Of a DNA stretch of 64,000 nt, positions 17,324-32,040 are shown piece by piece (the stretch's first letter is position 1; every line of letters starts with the position of its first letter). Origin of the DNA: Eledone cirrhosa (Eukaryota); NCBI GenBank assembly GCA_964016885.1, contig OZ024752.1, positions 15,748,001 through 15,812,000 of the forward strand, written 5' to 3'. Under the pieces are notes generated by a model, which was given only the letters and a program-made list of their open reading frames with translations, searched no databases and was not told the DNA's origin. Made by a program: the position numbers and the translations under genes.

Positions 17324-18026
17324 TAAAGTATAGAAATGATTGTGAGCGTGAAGCCAGCAGTATTTCATAATATATAAGTGACTGTAACGTCAAAATGGAA
17401 AAATAGTTAACGTAAGATGTGGGAAAATAATTCAAACCCAATTCAAAAAAAACATCAAGACATAGATTAATCCATAGAATTTTGTGAAATCCAGGGAAAA
17501 ATCAATAGAACCTTAACTTAGAATAAAAGAAAGTCTAAATACTCATCCTTCAATTTGGAAAAACAACAAATGCTCTGTATAGTCTTAAAAAAACTATTTT
17601 GCGAAACTTTCAGTGGAGATGGTCACAGTTGTAATCGTTCATCCGCAGAGCTCAAACACGATAACCACTTAAACCCCTGTAGAATATGCCAAACATGGAA
17701 TTTAAAAACAGGCTAGTTCGCCTCGTACGTACTTATGAAAAATAAACGCACATGGAGAGACATGGCTGGTGACGTCAGAATGAGACGAATGTCTGTTTAC
17801 ATGAAACAACAGTCAAAAACATTCCGAAAAAAAACTCTACAAGTGTAAGGAGTTCAGCAAAAAGCAATATTATCACGATTTAAAAAAAAAAGACCGGGAT
17901 TAGTCACAAATAATTTTAAGCACTCTAGGAAAATTCCGAGTATAAATAAGCATTGTAAATAACATCTCGTATTTATGATAGTAAATACAGAGTAATGTAA
18001 ATGTTAAAGAGTCGTATTTATCTGAA

Positions 18027-18194
18027 TTCTAATCCTGAAAAAGTAAACAATGTTCGCGTTTAGCTATGCGACTGTTTCAAAAATATATATATTATATATA
18101 TAATTAAATTATTAGGATAAATGCTCAAAGAATGTATCAATGTGGTATGGGTGAGCAGTTTATTTAAAAACTACAAAAACTACATTGTATTTAT

Positions 18195-18271
<77 letters not shown>

Positions 18272-18937
18272 TTCTACTATTCGCTGACTGTCCTCACACT
18301 ACCAAACTACACACCACCAGAAACAGACGCTACTCGGTTAATTGGTTTAAATTCCCTGCGACATCTCCAGCCTCTGACACAATCACGTGCTGTGTCCTCC
18401 CTCTGTATATTCTAAAGTTACTACAACGTGGCTCTTGTCCTTGGAGTTCGCTGAACTCATGACGCCTCCACTCAGCGACTCCCAAAGCCCTAGTCCTCCA
18501 TTTATCACCCATTCGTTGTGCAACATACGCCGCAGTAACCACGGTATCCAGTCTATCCTATCAATACTGTAACCCTCTGGAACCCCTCCCACTATTTAGT
18601 CATGTAGTTCCCAAAGAAATGTATTTGTAACGGTTTAAACATAACATCAATGACATCAATGTCACTAGCTGCTTCCTTCAGACCCACCAATTAAAGTGAA
18701 TCTATGTTTCTCTATAGTGTAGGGTTACAAAGATAAGCTAACGTGGAATACCATTTTTACCAATGTATATTTAGTGCAGATGTATGTATCCCGGTAGTGT
18801 TGACCAACAAATAGACGTTGGTGCCCATTGGCAAAGAATCTTGAATAAGGTTTGTAAATAACAGCGCATATTTATCTTAATTCTAATCCTGAAAAAGTAA
18901 ACAATGTTCGAGTTTAGCTATGCGACTGTTTCAAAAA
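18027..18937. repeat. ~57 bp direct repeat pair (18027-18082, 18879-18937)
   Basis: attctaatcctgaaaaagtaaacaatgttcg.gtttagctatgcgactgtttcaaaa twice. Confidence 0.85.
18318..18592 (+). pseudogene. Decayed CR1/L2-like LINE ORF2 C-terminus
   Basis: ATRLIG...LQPLTQSRAVSSLCIF*..YYN...TLWNPLP. Confidence 0.6.
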
Positions 18938-19172
18938 TACTTCGAAATAAATGTTAATACGTTTCCAGCTGCAACAGAGAGATAGTATATCATAAAAATA
19001 CAATGACACCATACGTGTAGCAATGTAGATGTTCGTAATATGTCATAACATGAACAATTTCTAAATGATATTTTATCTAAAAACTATAAAGTTATTTTAT
19101 CTTATAGAAATATTTCTAATATACAATGTGTAATGGGGAGGAAATTGACTTTGGTGCACGAAAAGAAGCTAT

Positions 19173-19397
19173 TTGACCCTATAACATTTACATTACTCTG
19201 TATTTACTATCATATTTTCATGGTAAACTCTTTACCGCACAAACCTATCTCGCATAATAACGAATGATATTTTCATATTATTTATTTTGAGAACAATAAC
19301 TTAACATTAGTATGAATGGCCGGTTACAGGCGGTTTGAACAGAAAGAGATAAGATAATTCTGACCAGATAGGCATGGGTTAAATGCTAAAGGGTTAA
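19173..19397. mobile_element. piggyBac-like MITE
   Basis: ttga-ccctataacattta ... taaatgctaaaggg-ttaa (12/14 TIR match, TTAA-like target sites). Confidence 0.6.
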
Positions 19398-20381
19398 AAT
19401 ATTAAATGTGTTATCATTAAATTTCTGTATTATAAAGAGCAAGTTTTTATTTAAAATAGCCAAAATGTGTAATGCCGTTGTAAAATTAAATAGTCATATT
19501 ACAATTTCAAAATAATTGCTTTTCTCAACAATTTTTTGTTTATTTACATAGAGTCATATTGCCAATGTTTTGTCGTTTGAGATTTAATATTATATTTAGG
19601 AACGCTGAGCAAATAGATTTCTATTGATTTACGGCACTTAAGGCCTGCCAATATCACGTACATGAACATGAAACAGATGTGCTCGTGATAAAACTAGTGA
19701 AAAACGATCCCCATAACGAAAGACTATGTTAAAAGGCAGCAGGCACTTTTGACATTGTATACTCAGAGATTTAGTTGACACATTCACGAAATAATCGTTT
19801 AATAAAGTTTGGTAAGTTTTGTTGTTTTTGTTTTATTTTTATCTCGAATTCAACAGTTATTATGTGAGATATTGTTTCAGCTACCTAGACGTGTTCACAC
19901 GTCTAGGTAACTTGCAGACTGTCTCAAAAACTTGTTCATTTGCTGTCACACACTCACACACATTTCCCTTACACACCACGTATTTTGAAGTTATGAAGCG
20001 GGTGCAATGTCAATATTAATTTTACTAGATAAACATAGTTGTTTATTTAATGGCGATATAGAAGTAATGTATACGGTATTGAGTTTGATATAGGAGTGGA
20101 TCTCTGCAAATTACATCTTCACTTGAATATGAGGAAGTGAGATGGTGAGCTGGCAGGGTAGAGTTTATGTAGTGCCCAGCGTTAGTGGTTGATTATATTG
20201 CTTGTGGTTTGTGGTAACATGTAGTAGGATGGCAGAATCAAAATTCAGTTTATGGCTAATTAAATATAAACAGATAAACGCACAATATTATAGAAATTCA
20301 CTATGAACATCCGTTTTGAAAACCTCCAATAAACTGGATTAAATCATTGTTGAATGTAGCAGTTAAAACAATCTAAGTAGC

Positions 20382-20457
<76 letters not shown>

Positions 20458-20467
20458 GCATATATAT

Positions 20468-21370
20468 ATATCTATATGCATATTTGGTCCGCTTGGATCA
20501 GGAGTTCTATCCCAGATCCGGACCAGTTCTCCTGCTTTTCTTTCGCTATTTCTATTATCTTGGTGTTGGCTTCGATGCCGGCGAGGATGGCAGCTATTAG
20601 CCAGGGAATTTCGATGGCCGGTGGAACGTGGGTAACCCTGATCTTTACGAGTCTCTGGCCACAATAGCTTGGGACGAGTGTGAAGTCGTCACTTCTTAAT
20701 GGAGCCATTGAGTGTTCTCTGGCCTCATGTGGTGTTTCAAAGAACACGTCCACGGTTCCATACTTCTGCCCATCTGATGTGTGTTTTTCTTTGCCCACAC
20801 ATGTCCCAAAGCTTTTTGGATTTGGGACTCGGATGCCCGTTCCACTCGGCGCGATTTTATATTAATTGTTCGATAAGTAACGGTGCATAGGCGCCGATGC
20901 TCCATTTTATTAGGTGGGGGGTGAGGCTGACCCTGTACCCATCTTTCTTTACCATTTTTCTGGCTTCTTCTAATTCCTCCTGAGTTACCTGAAATGCTTC
21001 GCACTGTTTTGCTACTCTGGCAAAACTCAGGGTGGTTTTCTTAATGTCATTGTTGCTGTTGTTGTTATTGTTATTTTTGTTATTATTAATTTTAGTTTCA
21101 GTTGTGGTGGTGGTGGCGTCAGTGGTGTTCGGTGTGAAAGCGTTCATTTTGGTTGAATTCATTTCGATATCACGAGTTAATTTTCTTTTGTTTCTTTTGT
21201 TCTGTTCTGCAGTAATTGGTAATGGCGGGACATGAATGTCTGCCTGAGACAAATTTAAAATAATGCTACTGCTTATATTTTTAGTGTTGGCAAACGTAGT
21301 AATATTTACAATGGTGGTGTCGCTGTGAGGTGTTAGTTTGTGAGAAAGGAGTGACTCTGAGTCAGCCATG
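20468..21370 (-). pseudogene. Tx1/L1-type ORF1 fragment, frameshifted, truncated at (TA)n
   Basis: SFARVAK..EELEEARKMV, KSRRVERASESQIQKAL, YGTVDVFFET align to the 38930-39596 ORF1. Confidence 0.75.
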
Positions 21371-21614
21371 ATTTTTCAAAGAAAAACTTTTGTTTGATAA
21401 TTATAAAAGTTTAAATTTTGGGCTCAAGACCCCAATCTCTTTGGGTGTCCTTTTCAGATAACAATGTATGTGCACTTATATACAGTTAATAATAAAAATT
21501 TTCCATGAATGGCAATTTTAAACAACTGAAAATAACAAACCTTTGCGGAGCTCACGATGATACGATTTACTACGTAGGTCGCCAATAATAATAATAATAA
21601 TAATAATAATAATT

Positions 21615-21960
21615 TAGATGTAGCCTGCCATTTGACACGAGAGTGCAAGAGAAGGAGAGGGAGAAAATTAACCGATACCAGGGCTTAAAGTGGGTGGTAA
21701 AAAGGATTTGGAACTGCCATGAAGTCAGAGTCGTCCCGATTGTCATAGGCGCACTAAGTACTATCTCAAAGAGTTTCCAAGGATGGTTAAAGAAGATTAG
21801 TCCAGCCCCGCTTTTTGGAACACTTCAAAAGGCATGCTTGCTGGGAACAGCAAGAACCCCCCGATACGTCCTGAATATCTGAGGCTGCAGGTAGTGGCTT
21901 GATATACATTTCAACAAACTTTCCAGTTAAATAACATCAATGACTGAGACTCAAAGAACA
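21615..21960 (+). mobile_element. R4/Dong-type RLE LINE, 3' fragment
   Basis: DVAC..EKINRY..VPIVIGAL..LQKACLLGTA plus 3'UTR; (TAA)n both sides. Confidence 0.9.
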
Positions 21961-21985
21961 ATAATAATAATAATAATAATAATAA

Positions 21986-22490
21986 TGGTTTCTTATATGT
22001 GCACAAAGCGAGTAATTTGGGAGAGGGGAAAGTCGATTAAATCGACCCAAGTGCGTGACAGGTACTTTATTTTATCGACCCCATAACGATGAAAGGCAAA
22101 GTTAACCTCGGCGGGATTTAAGCTCAGATCATAAAGAGCCGTAACTCGATGCTGCAAAGCATGGCGTCCGACCCTCTACCGATACTGCCAATCCACCGCA
22201 CTATAATAATAATAATTTTTTTTTTCTACATTTGGCACGACGCCATCAATTTTTCAGTATATTACTGGTACTTTATTTTATCGACCCCATAAACATGAAA
22301 GGTAAAGTTAATAATTGTTTCTACTTTAGGCAAAAGGCCAGCAATTACCCAGTGCATTACTGGTACTTTATTTTATCGACCCCGTAAGGATGAAAGGCAA
22401 AGTCAACCTCGGCAGGATTTGAACTCAGATCGTAAAGGGACATAACTATGCTGGAAAGCATGGCGTCCGACCCTCTACCGATACTGCCAA
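21986..22490 (-). mobile_element. Cluster of three tRNA-SINE copies (Meta-domain-like)
   Basis: ggtactttattttatcgacccc motif three times. Confidence 0.88.
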
Positions 22491-22989
22491 TAATACACTC
22501 CTCCCCATTGTTGGCGATAAACTAAAAGTGCAACAATTCATTAATAGTAATCCATTCACAATATTGATGTATGTCACAACTTTCCTCCTTAATGTCTGAT
22601 ATCATTCCATTATACTGCCAGGAATCAAAACAAACGAACATGACACCAGTTGTTTTATCTCTGATGTACCGTAACTAATATTGTTACCAAGCAACAATGA
22701 TAATGTCTCCAGCAAACGATTGCCATTGACGATACTATTTTTTTTAAATTGGAATTTGTTCAAGAGAGAATTTATGATTGTTGTTCAATATTTATGAATA
22801 AATTCAGTAGAGCAGGTTAACATTATTGACACTTTTGACAGCTAGTAGAGGAAAGATACATTTTCATCATACAAAACAGATAAGGCTCGGAATACAATTC
22901 CGTTTTCAGCCATGAAAAATTATCATCTGATAATTATAGAGGCGAAAATAGTGGCGTAATTTCCAGAGATATTCATGTAAAATATGGAG

Positions 22990-24620
22990 TTTATACGTAT
23001 GTTGTATATAGGTATGTTGTATCTAGGTATGTTGTATATAGGTATGTTGTATATATGTATGTTATATATAGGTATGTTGTATATATGTATCTTGTATATA
23101 TGTATGTTATATATATGTATGTTATATATAAGTATGTTATATATAAGTATTTTATATATAAGTATGTTATATATATAGGTATGTGATATCTAGGTATGCT
23201 ATATATGTATGTTATATCGAGGTATGTTATATATATGTATGTTATATAGAGGTATGTTATATATAGGTATGTTATATCGAGGTGTGTTATATCTAGGTAT
23301 GTTGTATATAGGTATGTGATATATAGGTATGCTATATATAGGTATGTGATATCTACGTATGCTATATATGTATGTTATATAGAGGTATGTTATATATAGG
23401 TATGTTATATATATGTATGTGATATATATGTATGTCATATATAGGTATGTGATATCTAGGTATGTTATATATAGGTATGTGATATATAGGTATGTGATAT
23501 CTACGTATGCTATATATGTATGTTATATAGAGGTATGTTATATATAGGTATGTTATATATATATGTATGTGATATATATGTATGTCATATATAGGTATGT
23601 GATATCTAGGTATGTTGTATATAGGTATGTGATATATAGGTATGTGATATATAGGTATGTGATATCTAGGTATGCTATATATGCATGTTATATAGAGGTA
23701 TGTTATATATATGTATGTGATATATATGTATGTTATATATAGGTATGAGATATCTAGGTATGTTATATATAGGTATGTTATATCGAGGTATGTTATATAT
23801 ATATAAGATATATTTAGGTATGTTATATCTAGGTATGTTATATTTTGGTATGTTATATCTAGGTATGTGATATATAGGTATGTGATATATAGGTATGTTA
23901 TATCTAGGTATGTGATAGCTATGTATGTGATTTATAAGTATGTGATATATAGGTATGATATATCTAGTTGTGTGAGAGCAAGCTATGTGATATATAGGTA
24001 TGTTACATCTATGCAGTTTAAATATCTAGGTATGATATCTCTAGGTATATGATATCTCTAGGTATATAATATCTAGGTATATGATTCATAGGTATGATAT
24101 ATCTAGGTATGTTATATATAGGTATATGATTTATAGGTATGTTATATATGTGTATGATATATCTAGGTAGGTGATATATAGGTATGTGATATCAAGGTAT
24201 GTTATATATGTATGTTTTATAGAGGAATATGGTTAGAGTTATGTTACATCTAGGTATGTAATACCTATGTATGATATATCTAGGTATATGATATATGGGT
24301 ATATGTTTTATAGGTATGATATATCTAGGTATGTGATATCTAGGTATGTTATATGTAGGTATGTGATATATAGGTATGTGATATCTAGGTATGTGATATC
24401 TAGGTATGTGATACCTAGATATCACATACCTAGATATCACATACCTAGATATCACATACCTAGATATCACATACCTATATATCACATACCTACATATAAC
24501 ATACCTAGGTATCACATACCTAGATATATCATACCTATAAAATATATACCCATATATCATATACCTAGATATCACATACCTAGATATGTAATTTATAGGT
24601 ATGTTATATATAGGTTTATG
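22990..24620. repeat. 15-bp minisatellite (aggtatgtKatatMt) with internal inversion at ~24411-24586
   Basis: Periodic units; orientation flips to atacctagatatcac. Confidence 0.92.
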
Positions 24621-24854
24621 TATGTAAGACAGTTACACACTGAGAGAAAGTAAGATATACAATAGAAGATTGAGTGAATGGATGTGAAAGTTTAAAAGAG
24701 AAAAAGTCAGAATAAAATGGAGGGATGCAGAGAGATAAAAGGAGACGTTAAAGGCAAAGGAAGAGGGGGGAACCTTTAGAGAGAAAATATTTCAAATCTA
24801 ATGTCTGGAAAAAATTATTGAGATAGTTGGAAAGGGAATATTGATTTCTGAATC

Positions 24855-25045
24855 AGGCGCAAAGCCAGCAGATTTGGAACAAAAGTACAGGTGATTAAAT
24901 CAACCCAATACTTGGCTGATATTGCATCTCATTGTCTCGAACAGATGAAAGACAAAGTTGACCTTGGAGGGATTTGAACTCGGTATGTTAAATGTAAGAA
25001 AAAATACCACATTAGCATTTTATCTAAAACTCTGATTCTGCCAAT
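24855..25045 (-). mobile_element. Diverged tRNA-SINE
   Basis: gatgaaagacaaagttgaccttggagggatttgaactc..gattctgccaa. Confidence 0.7.
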
Positions 25046-25352
25046 AAATAACATTTTTAGAGAGAAATATTAAGATAGAATTATTAAAGAATGACAAGAC
25101 AAGGAGGGATGAAATGAAAAGAATAAATCAACTTTGATGTGACTCTTTCTTAATAGCGTCAGATATGTTTAGTAAGTTGACAGCGTATTTTTTAACATCC
25201 CTGTAACTTCTCTGTTAAAGGTTTCTTATTTCGTCAATTACTGTTACTTTACAACAAACTACCTTACTCCATTTTATTTCTAGACAGGATTTCTAACATA
25301 TAACTCATATAAGTCCTATATTATAGACAGTTTATCTCGTTCTCCTCGCAGG

Positions 25353-25383
<31 letters not shown>

Positions 25384-25402
25384 GGTGTGTTTAGGTGTTT
25401 AG

Positions 25403-25433
<31 letters not shown>

Positions 25434-25572
25434 TGTATGCGTGCGTGTGTGTGTGTTTGTATGCGTGCGTGTGTATGAAGGCAAAGTCCGATATTATAAG
25501 CGGGTTATCTCTATCTCCTCCCAAAATATATATATATATGTGTGTGTGTGTGTGTCTGAGAGAGAGAGAGTG

Positions 25573-25626
<54 letters not shown>

Positions 25627-26395
25627 AGTCAACAACACAATACAACACGATGATGGTATATTAGTATAACGCTTGATAAAGACGGAAAAGAACTTTAAAC
25701 CCTTATAGGTTTGGAGTTATTTGGAAGAGAGAAAACAAGAGAGACAGAAATATGGTTGGGAAAGGAAGGTGGACAATAGTTGAGAAGAAGACAGGGAAAA
25801 GGCTAGAGAGGGGAGAAGGCATGATGTTTTGTTAGTCAGCCATCTTGAAAATGAAAGAGGAAAAAAGAACGAGGGAAGTATTTTGAAGATTTATCGAAGA
25901 TGAGATGGAATTGGAAAAAATAATTTGTGTGTATAAGTGTATGTGTATGTATTGGTCTGTATGAATAGAAGTGTGTACGGCTGCGTGTGTGCTCCGATTG
26001 ACATTACAAGACAATGCTCTAAAAATTTGAATATCTGCCTGCTGCTGTAGACAATCATGTATACTAGAGGTCAGTTGTAGAAGGAATCAGAAAGTGGTGA
26101 TTTTTTTTCTGTTGAAGATTTTGCAGAAAATATAGAAATGTTTGGAACAAAACAGTCAACTATCACAAAACAGCATCCAGCAAATATTTCTTAGATTCTA
26201 TAGATATGGTTAGCAGAATATGCAAGCAGGAACACTGAGATTCAATTGAAGCTATGGATGATATGATGCACTACATAGGAAGCCATAGGGGCTTATATCA
26301 GAGTATAAAACAAATTATATATCAGAACAGTTGTGTAGCCATAAACACATACACGGACACATATGTACACATAATTATGTGTTTCAGGTTTACTC

Positions 26396-26468
<73 letters not shown>

Positions 26469-26896
26469 TTGTGTGTGTGGTGGTGTGTGTATGTGTGTAT
26501 GTGTGTCTGTGTCGGTGTATGTTTGTGTGTGAGCGCGCGCATGTGTGTGTAGAAGTAGCTATATAATGACAAAGAAATATGTACATATATATATACATAT
26601 CTATATATATCTAGAGAGGGATAGAGGAGAAAGAGGGAGAGAGGCAAAGACAGAGAGTGAGGTGGAGAAAAATTAGATAGAAAGATTTGCGGCTGCTTTA
26701 CAATAATATCGTTGGGATGAAGAAAATGTCGTTCTATTCGATGGTTCGAGAAACAATCATTACGAAAGGGAAGTTGGCACCGGTTCTTTGTGTTTGTGCA
26801 TGCGTAACCGGAAGCTTCAGATGGAAGGAATTATAGTTACACACATATATTCACACATACACACATATATATATATACGTACACACACATATAAAC

Positions 26897-26945
<49 letters not shown>

Positions 26946-27132
26946 CGAAACCACACAAGATGTTGTCTGCATGTATACCAGTGTAATACTGTGCATAGAC
27001 TAGGTTATGCAAATATAACTAAAATTAATTCCTGAAATAGTATACTCATATAGATTTAGTAGTGTAGTGGCAATAATTAAACAAATTAGTTAATATTATC
27101 AATAAAATTAATAATAATAATAATAATAAAAA

Positions 27133-27322
27133 GGGCGGTGGATTGGCAGTATCGGTAGAGAGTCGGACGCCATGCTTTCCAGGAGAGTTACGTCCCTTTA
27201 CGGTCTGAGTTCAAATCCCGCCGAGGTTAACTTTGCCTTTCATCCTTACGGGGTCGATAAAATAAAGTACCAGTAATGCACTGGGTAATTGCTGGCCTTG
27301 TGCCTAAAGTAGAAACAATTAT
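27133..27322 (+). mobile_element. Full-length tRNA-SINE (Meta-domain-like)
   Basis: A/B boxes, central conserved domain, agtagaaacaatt end. Confidence 0.92.
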
Positions 27323-27403
27323 CAATAAAATTAATACTAATAATATCAACATAATAATAAAAAAACATCTAATATATAAAGGAATATATATATATATATT
27401 CGG

Positions 27404-27788
27404 AAACATACCGTGTTTCTTTAGAAATACGAAATTTCGATACATATCTGTATACAGTTATCCCTCAAGGTAAATTCTAATTCTATTCTATTATAAGTTG
27501 AGCCAACTTATGCAGCTTCATATGCAAATAAGATTAATTACCTCATTTACACAGACGTGAAAACTATATATTCTCGGCTGTTCTCAAGTCCAGCAGTCGC
27601 AAGCGTGGAACGTATCATCCTGATGATGACCAGTCAATTCTGAAATGCATCAATGGTTGTCACCTTTGCTTCTGCGGGATACCAGCAGAGAACGTTAGTC
27701 CCAGTGTATTTTGTATAGCTACGATTTCCTAAATATTTATCCGTAAACATACCGTGTTACTTTAGAAATACCAAATTTCTATACATAC
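27404..27788 (+). mobile_element. Partial-tandem unit (42 bp terminal direct repeats, ~342 bp period) with probable decayed hammerhead 27614-27657
   Basis: aaacataccgtgtt.ctttagaaatac.aaatttc.atacata twice; atcatc-CTGATGA-tgaccagtcaattct-GAAA-tgca-TC-aatggt. Confidence 0.55.
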
Positions 27789-27857
27789 ACACATATATAT
27801 ATGTATATATGTGTGTGTGTGTGTACGAAGCCGAATTTTCGGGTTTTGAAGCGCTGA

Positions 27858-28110
27858 CAATATATGTATATATACAAGTATAAAGAAAGTATTCAAATGC
27901 AGAATTGCTATAAAGATAGCTTATTAAATCGGGTAAAGACCCTTAAAAGACGGGAAAAGAAGTTGCCATTGGCTGGTATGAAGAAGTGAGACCCAGTATC
28001 TGGATGATATTGGGTTCGATTCTTTTAAGGCTCTTCAACCTATTTTTTAAACTATCTTTATACCATTTCTGCGCTTGAGTACTTTCTTTATACTTATATA
28101 TATGTATATT
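27858..28110. repeat. Imperfect inverted repeat (~90 bp arms)
   Basis: aagtataaagaaagtattcaa / ttgagtactttctttatactt and flanks. Confidence 0.75.
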
Positions 28111-28232
28111 CATATCTAATATATATACCGCTTTTATACTCCCACCTGCGAGCGTGTGTGTATTTATAGGTTATCTGCTTATATGTTTATGCACACACAC
28201 ACAATCACGCATGTGTGTGTGTATATGTATAG

Positions 28233-28337
<105 letters not shown>

Positions 28338-28486
28338 GAAGTTATATTTAATTTGTTGGGATACAACAAGCAAATGTTTTTATAACTGATATAAAGCACT
28401 CAACAAATTATTGGAGCTTCCAACCGACATGGTCGCATTCTTTAAGGGTATGTCAATATTTGTTTATAAAACTGATCTATATTATA

Positions 28487-28547
28487 TTTTATCTGATGAA
28501 AGCGCACCATAATTTGCTTTGGTGTCCTTGAAATATGTATAATGAAA
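28487..28547 (+). ncRNA. Minimal type I hammerhead ribozyme, family 2
   Basis: ttttat-CTGATGA-aagcgcacca..tggtgtcctt-GAAA-tatgta-TA-atgaaa, in an island (28340-28590) between (TA)n runs. Confidence 0.8.
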
Positions 28548-28587
28548 TAAATATGGTTTTATAAATATAGTTTCCATTTGTTAATAT

Positions 28588-28629
<42 letters not shown>

Positions 28630-28633
<4 letters not shown>

Positions 28634-28885
28634 AAAATGTATGACTCCAATGTTTGCACGATTGAGAAAGGAAAGATAACTTGGGCTACGTTTGTTCTAC
28701 AGATGAATGTGAACTCTCAGAATTGGCACATATTGAGTAGGCGACTCCTGGGGGAGGGAACCCCCTTTGGAAAAAAGCTGTTGATTTTGTAAAAGTATAG
28801 TTTTTGAAGCAGCACTGAAGTATTGACATAAATGGTATACATAACTGCTATTTAATACCCGAGGAACGCCGGGTACCTCTGCTAG
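28630..28885 (+). mobile_element. Non-autonomous Helitron-like element (3' end supported)
   Basis: Hairpin tacccg-aggaacgc-cgggta (28856-28875) followed by CTAG|T (28882-28886). Confidence 0.6.
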
Positions 28886-29595
28886 TATATTATATATATA
28901 TATGTGTGTGTGTAGTAATGTATTAGAGAGTCGGCGTGTTTAAAAATTCATCACATACTATTTAATATGCAATCACATATACAGCTGATTATATAGCAGA
29001 TGCTATATAATCCTCAGGTAGGAAATTATCAGTTTTTTTTTTTCCTGTATAAACATCAATGATGTATGTTCTTAGACAACTCTTCCACTACTACCCTCCC
29101 GGGAATAAGTGGTTGTAAGAGAAGTAGAGAAAGATGAAGAAGATGAACGAGAACAAGGAGAGGAAGAATAGAAAATGAAGGAGAAGAAGAAAGGAAGAAC
29201 GACAACAACAAGAATATTAGAAAATGAAGAAGGAGGAGTAGGGGATGAAGAAGAAAATAAATTTGCATGAGGGATTATTAAGAAATTGGGGAATACAGTG
29301 CCTTGTTTTGCATAAATCTAAGGTATAAAGTAATATTTATACATGGTAGCTTAACTTAGTACATGGGGAATTATATATTTATCGTGTCAATTGGTTCGAC
29401 AGTATGGTGATTAATTTGCTTCATATTATTATTATTATTATTGTTGTTATTATTATTATTTTTATTTTTATTTTCTTTCATTATTGTTTCTGAGATATAT
29501 GCCGAGTGCCTTCCTGACACCTAGGGTACATAAATTCACAGTGTGCATTGGTAAGCCAGTTAATACAGCACATTGATTATAATTTTAAAAAAAAA

Positions 29596-29628
<33 letters not shown>

Positions 29629-32040
29629 GTTCTTTGAGTCTCAGTCATTGATGTTAGTTAACTGGAAAGTTTGTTGAAATGAATATCAAGCGACTACCTG
29701 CAGCCTCAGATATTCAGGAAGTATCGGAGAGTTCTTGCTGTTCCCAGCAAGCATGCCTTTTGAAGAGATCCAAAAAGCGTTGCGGGGCCAATTTCCTTTA
29801 ACCATCCCTGGAAACTTTTTGAGATAGTACCTAGTGCACCTATGACAATCGGGACCACTTTGACTTCATGGCAGTTCCAAATCCTTTTTACCTCCCACTT
29901 TAAATCCTGGTATCGGTTAATTTTCTCCCTCTCCTTCTCTTGCACTCTCGTGTCGAATGGGCAGGCCACATCCACAATCAGGCACAATCTTTTTTCCTTG
30001 TCCAAAACCACCAGGTCAGGTCTATTGTGTTCCAGTTTCTTGTCCGTCTGTATCCTAAAATCCCACAGCACCTTCACCTGATCGTTTTCTATCACCGACT
30101 CTGGCTTATGCTCATACCACTTCTCAGAATGTGGTAAATTGTTTACTTTGCATAGGTGCCAGTGGATCACCCTGCCCATCACATCATGTCTCCAGCCCTT
30201 ATAGTGAGTCTGGGCTATGTGCTTACACACGGATACAATGTGAGCCACCATCTCCTCTCTCTCTCCACATATCCTGCACAGTGGGCTAGCATCCTCCTTG
30301 TAAATATGGTGTTTCAACCACTTCGTTTTGAGGGCCTGCTATTGCGCAGCCATTATCATTCCTTCTGTAGCCTTTTTAAGGTCTCCTCTTTTCAACCAGT
30401 TCCATGTCTGTGGATCTCTGAATTCAGTTTTCTCAAAGAAGGTACTATGAAGGGATTGTTCATGAAGGCTGCTCTTTCTCCTTGTTGTTATTTCCTCCTT
30501 GGACATCCTCTGGTCTATTCTCTTCTCCTTCAGTACAATTCTGAGCATTGGCTCCTTACTATCAGTCACGTATTTGTGTAGGTGGTTTTTCTCCATCTGA
30601 ACACAGTCCTCTATGCTGATAAGACCTCTTCCATCTTCAGATCTCCTTAAGTAGAGTCTATCGACATCACTCCTCTTGTGGAACATGTTGTAGATAGTCA
30701 ATAGCTTCCTAGTTTTCCTATCCATTTCTTTTTGTTCAGCAATATTCCATCTCAGAATTCCCGCACTGTACCTAGTAATAGACACAGCTCGGGAATTTAC
30801 TGCACTTATGGCATTCCAACTGTTCAGGTCTGACTTTAATACGCTCCTTACTCTCCGAATGTATTCAGATATTATCAATTCCTTCATGTTTTTGTTCTTG
30901 GTGTCATCAGCCTCCAGAACACCCAAACACCTGTATCCTTCTTCAGTGTCAATTTCCTTTATCATCTCACCTGTTGGTACCGGGATTCCGTTGCTTCTGC
31001 TCAATTTACCCCTCTTCATCACAAGGAATCCACACTTACTAATACCAAATTGCATACATATATCATTGCTGAAAATACGGACAGTGTCAACAAGCAGATC
31101 CAACTCCTTCTCACGCTTCCCAAAGAGCTTAAGATCGTCCATGAAGAGGAGGTGATTGATGGTAAGCTCTCCCTTTCCTAACTTGTATCCTGCTCTCACT
31201 TTTCGCAGTATAATGGTCAGGGGAATCAGGGCAAGGACAAACAACTGAGGGGACAGACTATCTCCCTGGAAGATACCTCTCTTGATCTTGACGCATCCCA
31301 AGGATTCTCCAGCTGATGTTAACTCTGTTTTCCAGGACTTCATACTTTTGCCCAACAACTGTCTGATGTTATCTGCCACCTTGAAGATCTCTAGGCTTTT
31401 GGTGATCCAAGAATGATACACCATGTCAAATGCCTTTTTGTAGTCTACCATCCCATGGCAAGACCAGTGTGTCTCCTCCTGCAATTCCTCATTACCATCT
31501 TATCAATAAGTAACTGGTCCTTTGTACCACGGGACTTCTTTCGACATCATGTCTGTTCGTCCGATAACAAGTTGTTTGTGTGGAGATGATGGTAGATTTC
31601 CTCAGACATAATGCTTGTCAACAGTTTCCACATTACGGATAGACATGTGATAGGTCTAAAGTTGGTAACATCATTACCCTTGATTCGGTCTTTCATTACC
31701 AGAACTGTGGTACCTTTTGTCAACCACTCTGGTACCTCACCTGGCATCAAGCAGTCATTGAACATGCTTGTCAGTTTCGGGTGGAGGGATGTTATATTTT
31801 TAATCCAATACCCCTGCACACCATCTGGGCCTGGTGATTTCCAGTTGGTTAGTTTTTTGGCCTGCCCCTTGAGAGTTTCAACTGTGATACTCAAATCAGT
31901 TTGTTGGTGTGCCTGTTCACTAATCTCCTTTTGTACTGTCTCAATCCACACTGCCTGGTCATTATGTTTAACATCCTGCTCCCATATTCCTCTCCAGAAT
32001 GTCTTAGTTTGTTCCGCCTCAGGGAACAAGTCGTTGCCTC

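Noticed and set aside
22990-24620. Regular array as possible CRISPR or repeat protein
   Set aside because: No unique spacers; eukaryotic minisatellite
27133-27225. tRNA gene
   Set aside because: A/B boxes belong to a multi-copy SINE head; no cloverleaf
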